Assembly: GCA_040235475.1 (NCBI GenBank)
Contig: JBECKY010000031.1
Location: forward strand, 3,293 to 67,292
Source of the DNA: Pseudomonadales bacterium
Lineage (GTDB): Bacteria; Pseudomonadota; Gammaproteobacteria; Pseudomonadales; UBA3067
Length of the DNA stretch: 64,000 bases
Reading direction: 5' to 3'
The notes beneath the pieces were generated by a model, which worked only from the letters and a program-made list of their open reading frames with translations, did not search any database and was not told the origin of the DNA. Positions 9,669-19,707 of the stretch are shown here, piece by piece; within the stretch, counting starts at the first letter, position 1; each line of letters starts with the position of its first letter. The position numbers were made by a program, and so were the translations under genes.

Positions 9669-10178
9669 TTATGAAATAAACCGAGAAAGCATGTTTAAAA
9701 AATCACCGACTTTAAACTTATCTATGTTTTCGTCCCAGTAGCAAAAAAAACCAGATTGATCATATTTTATACCATAAATATGCTCACCAAATTGTTGGAA
9801 AAGGCTATCCACAAGATCAAGGTGCTGAGAATGAAGTTCAATCGTGGCAACCTGCCCGGTTTTTTGCTCAATGGCAATGTACTTTTTGCCCAACACCCCC
9901 GGTTTATTAGCATCTCCTTGATTACAATATCCCCATTCAGGATGAAACTGCTCCCCAATAGCCGGTGCAAAGTTTTTAGAATAACAAACCACCGGTTGTG
10001 AAAGCGGATAAGGATAGAACCAATCAATATTTTCTCCAGCTATAAGGCGCACTTTCCAGCCTTGAGTCAGAGCCTGGTTGCGAATAAAGGCAAGCAAACG
10101 TTCATGGGGAGAGGGTCTTATAGCAACAATAGACGCAATAACAGCCGCTACAAATAAAGCAATTAAAAGATATTCCAT
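9669..10178 (-). CDS. Hypothetical single-pass membrane protein
   Basis: ORF 9669-10220. The likely start is the ATG at 10178 (MEYLLIALFVAAVIASIVAI, an N-terminal transmembrane helix). No family recognised. Confidence 0.5.
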   Translation of the reverse strand: MEYLLIALFVAAVIASIVAIRPSPHERLLAFIRNQALTQGWKVRLIAGENIDWFYPYPLSQPVVCYSKNFAPAIGEQFHPEWGYCNQGDANKPGVLGKKYIAIEQKTGQVATIELHSQHLDLVDSLFQQFGEHIYGIKYDQSGFFCYWDENIDKFKVGDFLNMLSRFIS

Positions 10179-10423
10179 AGTATTTACCTTAAGACCTGCT
10201 GCGAACCCAGCGGCGTACACAATTTAACAGAAATCTGATACTCTGAGGCACCTATAATATGCTATTAATAGGTTTGTCTTATGGCAGGAAATAAGGGAAC
10301 AGTCCATTGCTGAATGAATAACACACGGCTTCGATGAGATACTGTTAACAGTTGCATACTTTTATTTTCTTAAGCCAGGATTCTGAGAATCAAGATACAT
10401 ATTTCCCGTTACACTCTCTCTAC

Positions 10424-10447
10424 TATCAAAGTATCAAAGTATCAAAG
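10424..10447. repeat. 8-bp tandem repeat (TATCAAAG) x3 upstream of slt
   Basis: Read directly: tatcaaag tatcaaag tatcaaag, about 65 nt upstream of the slt GTG start. Confidence 0.9.
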
Positions 10448-10512
10448 TCTTAAGCAAACATTAAATCACTGCGACTCTCTCGTAAACTAACTCGGCAAAT
10501 ACAGGTTCAACG

Positions 10513-12882
10513 GTGCAACAAACAAACAGATACCAACGTTCAACGTTGACATGCGTGTTATTTCTTTTTTGCAGCTATGCTGCAACCATTTCGGCGGCTA
10601 TTAATACCACTAACGCAGCGCTTAAGCCCGATACAGCTGTCAGCAGCCAGTCCAGCCGCCCTTCTGCCAGCCTGGAAACTATTCTGCAGCATAATTTGGC
10701 TACAACAAGCAGTCAGGTGGGTAATGACGATTATATTTCACTGGTTCCCGATTTTTCAACACAGAAAGAACAAGCTCCCGAGTGGGATGACTCATTGCCT
10801 TCAGAAGACGATGGTGATGAGCAAAATCTGTCGCTGGCAAATTCCATTTTGCCAGACGATTTGGATGACCAGCTAAGCGATGAGGAAAAACAGCAGCTCC
10901 AGCAAAAACGCGAAATATTCCAAAACGCTGTTAAGGCTTTGAACCAAGGAAAACACCAGACGTTCAAAAAACTGAGCGCCAACCTTGAGGGCTACCCACT
11001 AAAGCCTTATTTAGACTATTACGAACTCAGGCGCTATCTCGCTAAAGCCAGTCAAAAGGACGTAAATGAGTTTATACAAAACAATACAGATCTGCCCGTT
11101 ATCCCACACTTACAAAAAGCCTGGCTAAAAACATTGGCTAAAAAAGGCGAATGGTCAAACTATTTAAGTTTCTACGAAGCCGTAACCACCGGTGACCCCC
11201 CCCTGGGTATCAGTGATGCTTCACTCAATTGTTATTACCATTGGGCAGAGTTTAAAAATGCCAAGGTCGACAACGCTTTTGCTGGCGCTGAATCGTTATG
11301 GCTTATAGGCAAGACACAGGATAAAGCCTGCGACCCTCTGTTTGCAAAATGGCAAAGCTCTAACGTTTTTAATGATGATTTAATTTGGCAACGTATTACA
11401 CTGGCCATCGCCAATCGTGAATTTTCTCTAGCTCAGTTTCTGGCTAAATCATTAGATTCCAAACAGCAAAAAAGGGTGTCTGACTGGATACACCTGTACC
11501 GATTCCCAGAAAATCTAATATCTAAAGCCCCTTATCTGGAAGACACGATTGAACGCAATAACATGGTATTCAGTGTGCTGATGCGCTTAATTGATAAAGA
11601 CCCCGTCAATGCCATTGAAGGCTGGGAACTTTTCGAAGCAAAAATTAATTTTTCCGCCGATCAAAGTCAGCATTTTAAAACCACTCTAGCCACTATTCTG
11701 GAATTACGCGGCTTACCTGAAGCAGAAGAATGGTTGCTCGAAGCCAACCCTGATGGCAATAATGAATTGTTAAACCAACTGGCGATTCGCCGTGCTCTAA
11801 CACAAAGTGACTGGCAAAAGGTTGCTGAACTGATAGATAAACTACCTGAACAACAAAAGTACTCCAGTCAATCGCGCTATTGGTACGCAAGGGCATTGGA
11901 AGCTATCGCAACACAAAATTCAAAAACTGATGCGAATAAAATGGATGGAGCAAGCCAAACTGCCAACACCGCTGCAAATAACGACACATTACAAGCCGAA
12001 ATCCTCTATCAGCAACTCGCCAGTGAAAGAGGCTATTATGGCTTTTTAGCCAGTCAGAGGAGCAAGCTGCCGATGAGCCTGGTGCCCATGCCGGTGTCTA
12101 TTCATAAATCGGAAATCAGTGTGCTTAAAGCCAGGCCAGCCCTGCAAAGGGCCCATGAGTTTTATCACCTGGGCCAGTTTGCGAATGGTCGCAGAGAATG
12201 GAATGCCGCCCTTTCGCAGATGAATGATAAGGAAAAGCTGGTAGCTGCAAAGCTGGCATCGCAGTGGAACTGGCACAGCGAAGCTATTCGTTCAGCGTCA
12301 AAATCATCTTACCGTGATCGAATCAGTCTGCGCTTTCCTTTGGCCCACGGAGAAATTGTTGCCCAGCAAGCTAAAAACAATGGACTGGCGGTTGACTGGA
12401 TCTACGCCATTATTCGCCAGGAAAGCATGTTTATGTCTGATGCCCGTTCACCCGTTGGGGCCATGGGCATGATGCAACTCTTACCGAGCACCGCAAGACT
12501 TGTTGCTAAAAAGGCGCAGCTTAACTATCGAGGCAGCAAAGATTTATTAAACCCTGAAACCAATATCGCGCTGGGCACACTTTTTATGAGCCAGCTAATG
12601 GAACGCTTTAACAATAACATTGTACTGGCCACTGCGGCTTACAATGCCGGCCCTCACAGGGTAGACCAATGGCTTGCCAATGAACATTACCCGGAAAACA
12701 TTCCTGGCGACATTTGGATTGAAATGATTCCGTTCAAGGAGACTCGTCACTATGTTAAACAGGTGTTGTCTTACCAGGTTATTTATCAGCACCTGCTCGG
12801 CGAGGAGCCTGACTTGCTTTCGTCCATTCAAGTTATTTCTTCCAATATTGACAGCAACAATATCACCACTGCTACTGACTAG
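10513..12882 (+). CDS. slt: Soluble lytic murein transglycosylase (Slt70-like) with a long acidic N-terminal extension
   Basis: 789 aa with a signal peptide. The C-terminal SLT domain has AIIRQESMF (catalytic Glu), GAMGMMQLLPSTA and AAYNAGP. A superhelical repeat region lies upstream, and an acidic, Ser-rich segment of about 100 aa follows the signal peptide. Confidence 0.88.
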   Translation: MQQTNRYQRSTLTCVLFLFCSYAATISAAINTTNAALKPDTAVSSQSSRPSASLETILQHNLATTSSQVGNDDYISLVPDFSTQKEQAPEWDDSLPSEDDGDEQNLSLANSILPDDLDDQLSDEEKQQLQQKREIFQNAVKALNQGKHQTFKKLSANLEGYPLKPYLDYYELRRYLAKASQKDVNEFIQNNTDLPVIPHLQKAWLKTLAKKGEWSNYLSFYEAVTTGDPPLGISDASLNCYYHWAEFKNAKVDNAFAGAESLWLIGKTQDKACDPLFAKWQSSNVFNDDLIWQRITLAIANREFSLAQFLAKSLDSKQQKRVSDWIHLYRFPENLISKAPYLEDTIERNNMVFSVLMRLIDKDPVNAIEGWELFEAKINFSADQSQHFKTTLATILELRGLPEAEEWLLEANPDGNNELLNQLAIRRALTQSDWQKVAELIDKLPEQQKYSSQSRYWYARALEAIATQNSKTDANKMDGASQTANTAANNDTLQAEILYQQLASERGYYGFLASQRSKLPMSLVPMPVSIHKSEISVLKARPALQRAHEFYHLGQFANGRREWNAALSQMNDKEKLVAAKLASQWNWHSEAIRSASKSSYRDRISLRFPLAHGEIVAQQAKNNGLAVDWIYAIIRQESMFMSDARSPVGAMGMMQLLPSTARLVAKKAQLNYRGSKDLLNPETNIALGTLFMSQLMERFNNNIVLATAAYNAGPHRVDQWLANEHYPENIPGDIWIEMIPFKETRHYVKQVLSYQVIYQHLLGEEPDLLSSIQVISSNIDSNNITTATD

Positions 12883-13727
12883 TAAGGTGTTATTTCCACC
12901 GGATCACCTACCTTGATAATGCCGGAGTCAGGACCCAGCAAATTCTGGCCAAAATAAATTTTACCCTGCTGTTTCCTGTAACTGCCCAGCACCTGCAATA
13001 CCTCCGACCCATATTCCCCGGTATCGGGGTTAATACCGGGGATGGCACAGCGTGAACAGGGCTTCGCAACCTGAAATTCAATGTCTGTATTTTCAGCCTG
13101 CACTTTTATCCTCGACCAGGTGTCTTCAGCAAAGGCGGCGGCACCGGCAATTACCATATTGGGTCTAAAACGCTGCATAGTCACCGCCTCACTCAAGCGC
13201 GCGTTTAAATCATCCAGCGAACCTTGTCCTATCACCATCAAGGGAAAACCATCAGCAAAATTAACACTCTGTTTGTCTTTAGCAAAATTTTGATTAACCA
13301 GACGATACATTGAATCAGGCATGTAAACCAAACTGGCATGGGTTTCTAAATACGCGGTAAACCAATCTGTTGCAGGCTGCCCACAATCAAGTGCTTGACA
13401 AACATCGCCCCAAATTTGCACCGTTCGCAGACTTGCCTCCTTATCGAAAGGCACCTCTACTGATAATTCAGCCATACCGGGTGCCGAAAACTTCAGCGCA
13501 TGGGCCTCACTACTAACAACAGTACTCGCACACCCCAGGACATGGCAAAGTATTAATGCCATCTTTCGGTGCTGACGCTGGGTTAAGAATAAACCATTTT
13601 CATTGACCAGCATCCACCGCCTGTCGTTAACAACGCCCATACGGTTCAGCGAAATTTCCGGCACCGATAAACCCCGCCCAGACTTCAAGGGATGTATAAA
13701 CAATTCACTTACGTATAAACTAGCCAC
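12879..13727 (-). CDS. MOSC domain protein (YcbX-like)
   Basis: 282 aa. The N-terminal beta-barrel region starts LFIHPLKSGRG, and the C-terminal MOSC region has the conserved cysteine block KPCSRCAIPGINPDTG. Confidence 0.8.
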   Translation of the reverse strand: MASLYVSELFIHPLKSGRGLSVPEISLNRMGVVNDRRWMLVNENGLFLTQRQHRKMALILCHVLGCASTVVSSEAHALKFSAPGMAELSVEVPFDKEASLRTVQIWGDVCQALDCGQPATDWFTAYLETHASLVYMPDSMYRLVNQNFAKDKQSVNFADGFPLMVIGQGSLDDLNARLSEAVTMQRFRPNMVIAGAAAFAEDTWSRIKVQAENTDIEFQVAKPCSRCAIPGINPDTGEYGSEVLQVLGSYRKQQGKIYFGQNLLGPDSGIIKVGDPVEITPY

Positions 13728-13812
13728 AATATTTCCTTAAAAATTGTTGTATCGTTAAGCCATAGCCACATTATAATTACACAAAAGCCTCTTAAATCTA
13801 AGAATAAATGAT

Positions 13813-15513
13813 ATGTCTGAAAAACCATCCATTACTGAAATTAATCAACTTCTTTGTCAGCCCGGCACGCCTTTTGAGATTATCGAAAGAGAAATAAGGG
13901 GAATAAACACAAAAACCTGGAAAAACGCTCCGCCATCATTGCGGGCCGTCGTCGAAATGACCAAAGCCCACGGTAGCAATGATTATATAGTTTACGGTGA
14001 TGAACGCTTAACTTATGCAGAACATTATAAAAAAGTAGCGGCCTTAAGCCAGGTGCTGATTAATGAATTTGGCGTTAAAAAAGGCGACCGTGTAGCCCTG
14101 GCAATGCGCAATTTTCCCGAATGGCCGGTGGTTTTCTGGTCGGTTGTATCCATAGGCGCAATCATTGTGCCACTTAATGCCTGGTGGACAGGAGAAGAAC
14201 TGCAATACGGTCTGACAGATTCTGGGGCCTCGGTGTTGTTCGCCGATCAAGAACGCATAGAGCGGCTTTCCCCTTACCTTGAGCAGTTAGCGCTAAAACA
14301 AACCGTGCTTATCCGGGCTTCAAATCAAGCAACAATTCCAAACTCAGTGACCCCCTGGGAAGCCCTTCCATGGAAAAGAGATGACAATTCCAGCATTCCC
14401 GATATTGCCATTGAAGCCGATGACAGTGCCACATTGTTCTACACCTCGGGCACCACAGGCAAACCAAAAGGCGCTTTGGGTACACACCATAATATCTGCG
14501 CTAATTTACTCAGCAGCGCCTTTGTTAGAGCTCGTGCCGATGTCCGCAATGGCCGTACCCCACAGAAAGCCAGCGCAGCTACGGGCTTTTTATTATCGGT
14601 GCCTTTTTTTCATGCCACCGGTTGTCATGCCATGCTATGTGGCAACACCCTTGCAGGCAATAAAATCGTCCTAATGGACAAATGGAATCCGCACAAGGCG
14701 ATTCAATTAATTGAACAAGAAAAGCTATCAACCTTTGGTGGCGTACCTGCCATGGTGTGGCAGGTGCTGGAATCACCGGAATTTCCAAACCATGACTTAT
14801 CCAGTGTTACTAATATCGGTTACGGTGGCGCTCCGGCAGCACCGGAACTGGTTAAACGTATCAGTGAATTATTCCCACAGGTTCAGCCCAGCAATGGCTA
14901 CGGCTTAACCGAAACTTCTGCCTTAACCACCTCAAATTCTGCTGAAGATTATCAAGCCAAACCCGACAGCGCCGGCGCGCCTGCCCCGGTTTGTGAACTG
15001 AAAATTGTCAATCAGCAAGGCGAGAGTTTACCCATTGGAGAAATCGGTGAGCTTTGCATTAAAGGGCCACAAGTTGTTGCTGGTTACTGGAACAAACCCG
15101 ATGCAAGTGCAGAGACTTTTCGACAGGGCTGGCTGCATACCGGAGATTTGGCCCGCATGGATTCAGAGGGTTTTGTTTACATCTGCGACCGAGCCAAAGA
15201 CATGCTGATTCGTGGTGGCGAAAACGTTTACTGTGTGGAAGTTGAAGATGCCCTGTATAGCCATCCGGACATCATGGATGCCGCCGTAATCGGTTTACCA
15301 CACCGCGTACTGGGCGAGGAAGTGGGCGCTATGGTTCAAATCAAGCCCAACGCAAGTGTTAATGAAAACATCTTAAAAGATCATGTTGCCAGCAAACTGG
15401 CCGCCTTTAAGGTGCCGATCCGGATTGATTTTTCTGACGAACCTTTACCTAGAAACGCTAATGGAAAAATTTTGAAAAACGTGGTTAAAGAGCAAATGCT
15501 TGGTAAAGAATAA
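13813..15513 (+). CDS. AMP-dependent acyl-CoA synthetase/ligase (adenylate-forming family)
   Basis: 566 aa with the AMP-binding motif LFYTSGTTGKPKGA, plus GYGLTE, TGDLARMD and a terminal NGKILK lysine motif. Confidence 0.88.
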   Translation: MSEKPSITEINQLLCQPGTPFEIIEREIRGINTKTWKNAPPSLRAVVEMTKAHGSNDYIVYGDERLTYAEHYKKVAALSQVLINEFGVKKGDRVALAMRNFPEWPVVFWSVVSIGAIIVPLNAWWTGEELQYGLTDSGASVLFADQERIERLSPYLEQLALKQTVLIRASNQATIPNSVTPWEALPWKRDDNSSIPDIAIEADDSATLFYTSGTTGKPKGALGTHHNICANLLSSAFVRARADVRNGRTPQKASAATGFLLSVPFFHATGCHAMLCGNTLAGNKIVLMDKWNPHKAIQLIEQEKLSTFGGVPAMVWQVLESPEFPNHDLSSVTNIGYGGAPAAPELVKRISELFPQVQPSNGYGLTETSALTTSNSAEDYQAKPDSAGAPAPVCELKIVNQQGESLPIGEIGELCIKGPQVVAGYWNKPDASAETFRQGWLHTGDLARMDSEGFVYICDRAKDMLIRGGENVYCVEVEDALYSHPDIMDAAVIGLPHRVLGEEVGAMVQIKPNASVNENILKDHVASKLAAFKVPIRIDFSDEPLPRNANGKILKNVVKEQMLGKE

Positions 15514-15552
15514 AAGCAGGGTGACACATCCACGCATCAGATTTTGTCAAAA

Positions 15553-15924
15553 CTATTCAAGAAAAACCTGGCAAATATCACCTTTACGCTGTGAAGATAA
15601 GTGATACAATTTGCCTGCCCCTGCATCGACCTCAAGTTTATGACGGGTAAAAAACCTTTGCCCGTCTATTTCCAAATAACAAACCACATCCAATTGGTGC
15701 TGACCCGGTCTCACCCTGACCTTGCTGGCGAAACGCTTAACCTTATTACCATCCACAGATTTAATCACAATACCAATGGGCGAAATCGCAAACCAGGGCG
15801 AAACCCCCTTTATAGTCGCAGCATTTAAAGTGTTTTTGGGTTCGCCAGAATAAGCAACAAAGTTTGTACAGCCACTTAAGGCACAAAAAGTGGTGGCAAT
15901 AATCAAAAAAATTCGGATTTTCAT
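15553..15924 (-). CDS. Small lipoprotein, function unknown
   Basis: 123 aa with a signal peptide ending in the lipobox LSGC (MKIRIFLIIATTFCALSGC). Confidence 0.6.
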   Translation of the reverse strand: MKIRIFLIIATTFCALSGCTNFVAYSGEPKNTLNAATIKGVSPWFAISPIGIVIKSVDGNKVKRFASKVRVRPGQHQLDVVCYLEIDGQRFFTRHKLEVDAGAGKLYHLSSQRKGDICQVFLE

Positions 15925-16002
15925 TTTATCCTGTAAGGCATCTCTAATATATTAAGGGTGAATGTGTGGACGAATAAATCAGAGCTTTCAGGAGGAAGTC
16001 TA

Positions 16003-16761
16003 TTAAAGCTTCTTAAGCACACTATAAATTTTTTGCATACCGCCTTTCAGTATCTGCTCAATCGCGTCCATAGTAATATTCCCCTCCCCTCTACCGGCCG
16101 CTTTATTCACCACCAAACAAATCGAGGCATAGTCAATGCCTAACTCCCTGGCGAGTACGGCTTCAGGCATGCCGGTCATACCAACAATATCACAGCCATC
16201 TTTTTCAAAACGGTTTATTTCTGCCGCTGTTTCCAACCTTGGACCCTCCACACAGGCATAGCAGGCAGTTGGAAGAATGTTCAGATTTAATGCCTCGCCA
16301 GCAGCAATGATTTTGTTACGTAATGATGCTGTAAAAGGTTCAGTAAAATCGACATGGGTGGGCATAAGCAGTTGACTGTTTTCGCCATCAAAAAAAGTTG
16401 TTTCCCGGCGATAAGTGTAATCAATAATTTGTTCGGGCAGACACAAACTGCCAGCATCCAGGCTGTCATGAATGCCACCAACGGCATTCACCGCCACTAT
16501 GCTCTTAACCCCTAAGTGGTTTAAAGCCCAGATATTGGCGCGGTAGTTTATTTTATGGGGAGGCAGACTGTGGGGATGACCGTGACGAGCAAGGAAAAAA
16601 AACTCTTTGCCTTGCTGCTTAAAATTATCAATAAAAACACCTTCAACAATAGCCGCTGAAGGTTTGCCATAAGGGGTTTCAATGTCATGTTTTTCAATAA
16701 CTTCAAAATCGTTTAATGCTGTAAGCCCTGTGCCACCAATAACACCTAAATTTTTTATCAT
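16003..16761 (-). CDS. mtnP: S-methyl-5'-thioadenosine/thioinosine phosphorylase (MTAP family)
   Basis: 252 aa with GVIGGTGL, ETPYGKPS, FLARHG..H and NYRANIWALNHLGV, typical of the MTAP/PNP-I family. Sits in a nagZ-hpt-mtnP arrangement like that of pseudomonads. Confidence 0.85.
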   Translation of the reverse strand: MIKNLGVIGGTGLTALNDFEVIEKHDIETPYGKPSAAIVEGVFIDNFKQQGKEFFFLARHGHPHSLPPHKINYRANIWALNHLGVKSIVAVNAVGGIHDSLDAGSLCLPEQIIDYTYRRETTFFDGENSQLLMPTHVDFTEPFTASLRNKIIAAGEALNLNILPTACYACVEGPRLETAAEINRFEKDGCDIVGMTGMPEAVLARELGIDYASICLVVNKAAGRGEGNITMDAIEQILKGGMQKIYSVLKKL

Positions 16762-16768
16762 TTAATAC

Positions 16769-17338
16769 TCACTTTTTGTCAAGTGCATAAATGCCAGGCG
16801 CATTGCGCAAATAGCCTTGATAATCCATACCATAACCAAATATATAGTGATCATCAACATGCAGGGCAACATAGTCAGCCATAAAGGCAGGCTCTACTTT
16901 TCGATTGTGTTTTTTGTTAATCAGCACAGCAGACTTTACGCTCGCAGCGCCCTTGTCGATACAGGCATTAAGCAGGGACTGCAAGGTATGACCTTCATCC
17001 AGTATATCGTCAACCAGTAAAACATGGCGATTTTCCAAGGTAATATGGGGTACCGAAATCCATTCCAAAACACCGGATTCAGCACCGGCTCGATATCGAC
17101 TTGTGTGAGCATAATCAACCATTAAGGGAAAGGATAAATTCAATAACAGTTCACCACAAAAAACCAGGCCACCGGTCATAATGCACATAACAATCGGATT
17201 AAGCTCGCTATAATCATCGCCAATTTCAGCGGCCATTTTTTTAATCGCGCTATTAACCTCCTCCTGGGTAAATAAGCAGTGGGCACCAGCCAAAAGCCTA
17301 TTTATTGTTTCAATATTCAGATCTTCATTCTCATTCAT
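16769..17338 (-). CDS. hpt: Hypoxanthine-guanine phosphoribosyltransferase
   Basis: 189 aa with the PRPP-binding loop VLLVDDILDEGHTL. Size and layout fit a type I purine PRTase. Confidence 0.85.
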   Translation of the reverse strand: MNENEDLNIETINRLLAGAHCLFTQEEVNSAIKKMAAEIGDDYSELNPIVMCIMTGGLVFCGELLLNLSFPLMVDYAHTSRYRAGAESGVLEWISVPHITLENRHVLLVDDILDEGHTLQSLLNACIDKGAASVKSAVLINKKHNRKVEPAFMADYVALHVDDHYIFGYGMDYQGYLRNAPGIYALDKK

Positions 17339-17347
17339 GTTTCAACT

Positions 17348-18382
17348 CTAATTTAAGCATAAATTAATAATTTCTTTTTCCACTTCCAGCCAACGTCGGT
17401 TGGTTTTTAACTGTGGATAGCTTAACTGTGGTTTGCCTGCTAATTTTTTTAAGCGCTGTTGATCTGGTGTAAAGTTTATCTTTTCAAGGGCGGCAATCAC
17501 TGCTTTAGCCCCTTCTCTGTTATTGCACACCAGCACCATATCACATCCGGCATCAATGGCTGCCTTCGCCCGGCTTTCATAAGAGCCGGCCACTGTGGCG
17601 CCTTCCATGCTTAAATCATCACTAAAAACCACGCCATCAAAACCGAACTTTTCACGCAACTGTTTTTGCACCCAAAACTTGGAAAACCCCGCAGGCTTTT
17701 CGCAACAGCTATTATAAATCACATGGGCAGGCATGATACCACTTAGCCCCTCGGCAATTAAGGCTTTAAAAGGGATCAAATCACAGTTTTCTATCTCAGA
17801 GTATGTTCGTGAGTCAATGGGAATATCGGTATGCGAATCCCCCGCCACATAACCATGTCCAGGGAAATGTTTACCCGTAGCAGCCATGCCCGCAGCGTTC
17901 ATGCCTTTAATAAAAGCACCCGCTAACTGGATAACTTTTTCTGGATCACGGTTAAACGCTCTATCACCTATAACTTCACTAACACCAAAATCCAGGTCCA
18001 ACACCGGCGCAAAACTGATATCAATATTAAAACTTAATATTTCAGTCGCCATTAACCAGCCACAATTCCTGGTCAGTGTTAAGGCTTTTTCCGGTTCACT
18101 TTCATACATCGCGCCGAAAATACCCATGGGCGGCAAACGGCTAAAGCCTTGCTTAAAACGTTGTACGCGCCCACCTTCCTGATCAACGGCAATAATAATA
18201 TCAGGCCTGACCCCGCGCACCTGAGCAATCAACTGCTGCAACTGATCGGGATCGTGATAGTTACGACTAAACAGAATCAAACCGCCAACATGACGATGAG
18301 CAATCAGTTCACGCTCGTGATCCGTCAGCGCCAGCCCTGCCAAATCCAACATTAACGGGCCTAACGATGAAGACATACTCAA
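17348..18382 (-). CDS. nagZ: Beta-N-acetylhexosaminidase NagZ (GH3)
   Basis: 344 aa with VDQEGGRVQR, GKHFPGHG and VFSDDLSM, typical of the GH3 enzyme NagZ. Confidence 0.9.
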   Translation of the reverse strand: MSMSSSLGPLMLDLAGLALTDHERELIAHRHVGGLILFSRNYHDPDQLQQLIAQVRGVRPDIIIAVDQEGGRVQRFKQGFSRLPPMGIFGAMYESEPEKALTLTRNCGWLMATEILSFNIDISFAPVLDLDFGVSEVIGDRAFNRDPEKVIQLAGAFIKGMNAAGMAATGKHFPGHGYVAGDSHTDIPIDSRTYSEIENCDLIPFKALIAEGLSGIMPAHVIYNSCCEKPAGFSKFWVQKQLREKFGFDGVVFSDDLSMEGATVAGSYESRAKAAIDAGCDMVLVCNNREGAKAVIAALEKINFTPDQQRLKKLAGKPQLSYPQLKTNRRWLEVEKEIINLCLN

Positions 18383-18469
18383 CTCCTGGTTATTAAATAG
18401 TTGGCAAGGAATACTCTAGAAAGGTCTTTGACAGCATCACGGTTTCCGGCTTAAAAAACCTTTACCAAG

Positions 18470-19690
18470 CTAAATAACCGACAAACCACGCAACAAATCG
18501 GCTTTGATATCTTCCAGTGACTCCAGCCCTACCGAAATACGGATTAAGTTTTGTTTAATGCCAACTTCAAGCTGCTGCTCCGCAGACAAACGACCATGGG
18601 TGGTGCTTGCCGGGTGGGTAATGGTGGATTTAACATCACCCAGGTTTGCGGTTATTGACAACAATTTGGTTGCGTCAATAAATCGCCATGCCGCTTCTTT
18701 TTCCTTACCGGCATCAGCTTTTATCTCCATCGACAGTACTCCGCCGAAACCAGACTGCTGTTGTTTAGCCAACTCGTATTGAGGATGATCGGGCAGGCCG
18801 GCATAATAAACTTTATCAATTCCGGATTGCTCTTTCAGCCACAGCGCCAGCTCCAGCGCCTGCTTGCTGTGAGCATCCATTCTTAGCTTTAAAGTTTCCA
18901 GGCCCTTTAGAAACACCCAGGCATTAAAGGCACTCATGGTAGGGCCCGCGGTTCGAAGAAAACCAAACACCTCCCCTACATATTCACTTTTACCCACCAC
19001 GGCACCACCAATACAGCGACCTTGACCATCAATATATTTTGTTGCTGAGTGAATAACAATATCTGCGCCTAGTGACAAAGGTTTTTGCAATGCCGGCGTA
19101 CAGTAGCAGTTATCAACCACCAGAATTGCATTGTGGCGATGCGCCAGTTGTGCAATAGCAGTGATATCGGCGATTTCACATAAAGGATTTGAAGGTGATT
19201 CCAAAAACAACATGCGTGTTTCTGGGCGAATTTCCTGCTCCCAGGCGCTAAGGTCGGTAGGGTCCACTAATGTTGTTTCGACACCGAATTTTTTAAGGTA
19301 CTTGTCATAAAGAACATTGGTGGTACCAAAAATGCTGCGCGAAGATAGCAGATGATCGCCGCTTTGAAGCAATGCCATGCAGGTGCTTAAAATGGCTGAC
19401 ATCCCGGAAGCAGTAGCCACAGCCTGTTCGCCGCCTTCCATAGCCGCCAAACGCTGTTCGAATGTTCTAACTGTAGGGTTTGAAAAACGTGAATAGATAT
19501 TGCCAGGCTCATCACCGGCAAATCTTGCCGCTGCCTGAGCAGCGCTTGCAAAAACAAAACTTGAGGTGGGGAATATGGGTTCAGCATTTTCCCCTTCGTT
19601 TGTTCGCACTTGCCCCGCCCTGATGGCAAGGGTTTCAAATTGCGCATTTTCCAAAGCGGAAGCTAAAGGATTAGTAGGCTCCTTTGCCAT
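18470..19690 (-). CDS. metZ: O-succinylhomoserine sulfhydrylase (PLP-dependent, Cys/Met metabolism family)
   Basis: 406 aa with the PLP-lysine block HSATKYIDGQG. Lies immediately downstream of purF, as metZ does in pseudomonads. Confidence 0.82.
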   Translation of the reverse strand: MAKEPTNPLASALENAQFETLAIRAGQVRTNEGENAEPIFPTSSFVFASAAQAAARFAGDEPGNIYSRFSNPTVRTFEQRLAAMEGGEQAVATASGMSAILSTCMALLQSGDHLLSSRSIFGTTNVLYDKYLKKFGVETTLVDPTDLSAWEQEIRPETRMLFLESPSNPLCEIADITAIAQLAHRHNAILVVDNCYCTPALQKPLSLGADIVIHSATKYIDGQGRCIGGAVVGKSEYVGEVFGFLRTAGPTMSAFNAWVFLKGLETLKLRMDAHSKQALELALWLKEQSGIDKVYYAGLPDHPQYELAKQQQSGFGGVLSMEIKADAGKEKEAAWRFIDATKLLSITANLGDVKSTITHPASTTHGRLSAEQQLEVGIKQNLIRISVGLESLEDIKADLLRGLSVI

Positions 19691-19707
19691 TAATTTTTTC
19701 CTCTGTG

